Positions 63,201 to 64,000 of a DNA stretch of 64,000 nt are shown in pieces (positions within the stretch are counted from its first letter, which is position 1; each line of letters begins with the position of its first letter). The stretch comes from Antedon mediterranea. Lineage: Eukaryota > Animalia > Echinodermata. Under the pieces are notes generated by a model. That model made no database searches. It was not told where the DNA came from and worked only from the letters and a program-made list of their open reading frames with translations. The stretch is taken from assembly GCF_964355755.1 (NCBI RefSeq), contig NC_092675.1, positions 28,120,912-28,184,911 on the forward strand. The letters are read 5' to 3'. A program made the position numbers and the translations under genes.

Positions 63201-64000
63201 TAGTTAAATATACGATCATAATCAGAGTTACCTACACAACTGTACCTTGCCATTTGAATGGTTAATTTTGTATCATGGGTCGCTGTTAGTTCTAATAAAT
63301 AGGAAACTGATATTTAATGGCGATGCTAGATGGTTCTATTGTATGTTCAGATTTTATAATAATTTTGAAAATTTTGTGAGGCTGTTGGCTTGAAAAAACC
63401 GGCCTAGCCTTTAAAAAAAATTTTCACTTAATCATGAAACACTTATTTCCAAAAAATGGTGACAAAAATAAACATAAATATATATATATATCACAAAAAC
63501 AATAATAACAGTAAAAATGATTCATGGTAGTGGCAACGGACTAATTTATTTAATAAAAGTATTTTGTTATAAACCAAACACGATTTGTATTTGTTAAAAT
63601 ACTACTCAGCTCTGTCTCATTAAATAGAACAGTTTACTCCTAATTCAACTCTTAAACATTCATTATTTGTAAATTTTAATTAGTAGACCAGTTTTATGGA
63701 CTGACAGATGTCACTTTTATTTTTCCATGTAAAATTCCTAACAATTTTAAGGGAACACTACTATAAACTCAGTTGAACTTCAACTTTTTCTTTGATTGAA
63801 ACTCATAAAGAAATGTCATCGATACAGACATTTCAATTATGTAATAGTTGAAGTTTCAGAATCAATTTCAGTATAGTTGATTGACTAAATTTTTAAAGTA
63901 GAATATCTTCTCAGATTTTCCTGTACAATGTGTAACAGACTAACCAGTTGGCATATGGCGTAGACAGGTCCGAAGCATCTCACTAACTTCAACAATAGAA
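60261..64000 (-). CDS. PLK2: Polo-like kinase of the PLK2/PLK3 type, C-terminal polo-box part (5' truncated by window edge); complement join(63945..>64000,63007..63175,62636..62765,60619..60768,60261..60467)
   Basis: PB1: [29 protein letters not shown]. Linker: [14 protein letters not shown]2: [48 protein letters not shown]. The pre-PB helix [11 protein letters not shown] resembles PLK2/3. The phosphopeptide pincer residues W/H/K are intact. The symbol is approximate, since this is probably a single PLK2/3/5 pro-orthologue. Confidence 0.85.

Noticed and set aside
16347-64000. A co-regulated oxidative-stress gene cluster (KEAP1, DHCR24, PLK2/3)
   Set aside because: The functional link is only thematic. 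Unrelated genes are interspersed and I saw no shared regulatory signature; ancestral linkage explains the proximity.

Overview
AT-rich, intron-containing animal genomic DNA. An invertebrate deuterostome such as an echinoderm is my inference from the gene set, the SINE types and the intron conservation. Six spliced protein-coding genes can be reconstructed with phase-consistent GT-AG junctions. (1) KEAP1 (+, 16347-20799), preceded by about 16 kb of non-coding DNA carrying several ARE-like sites. (2) A 9-exon coiled-coil gene with an acidic tail (-, 24172-33766), possibly CCDC159-like. (3) A Methuselah/secretin-like 7TM receptor whose somatomedin-B ectodomain exon has been tandemly duplicated in frame (+, 34770-39437). 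(4) DHCR24 (+, 41750-46739). (5) A secreted six-repeat FG-GAP/VCBS beta-propeller protein (+, 49512-56144). (6) The polo-box end of a PLK2/3-type kinase (-, 60261->64000). Introns and spacers hold many mobile elements: a PIF/Harbinger deletion derivative and MITEs, hAT and Tc1/pogo MITEs, Helentron-like elements, tRNA- and 5S-derived SINEs, L1/Tx1 and RTE-X LINE fragments, two tiny hairpins that resemble P-element excision footprints, and a 20-bp minisatellite. The most notable observations are a re-wired cysteine pocket in the KEAP1 BTB domain, the exon-duplicated GPCR with a splice donor recruited from coding sequence, the secreted propeller protein, and the P-like footprints. Comparisons with human proteins and exon sizes are from memory and need a real alignment.
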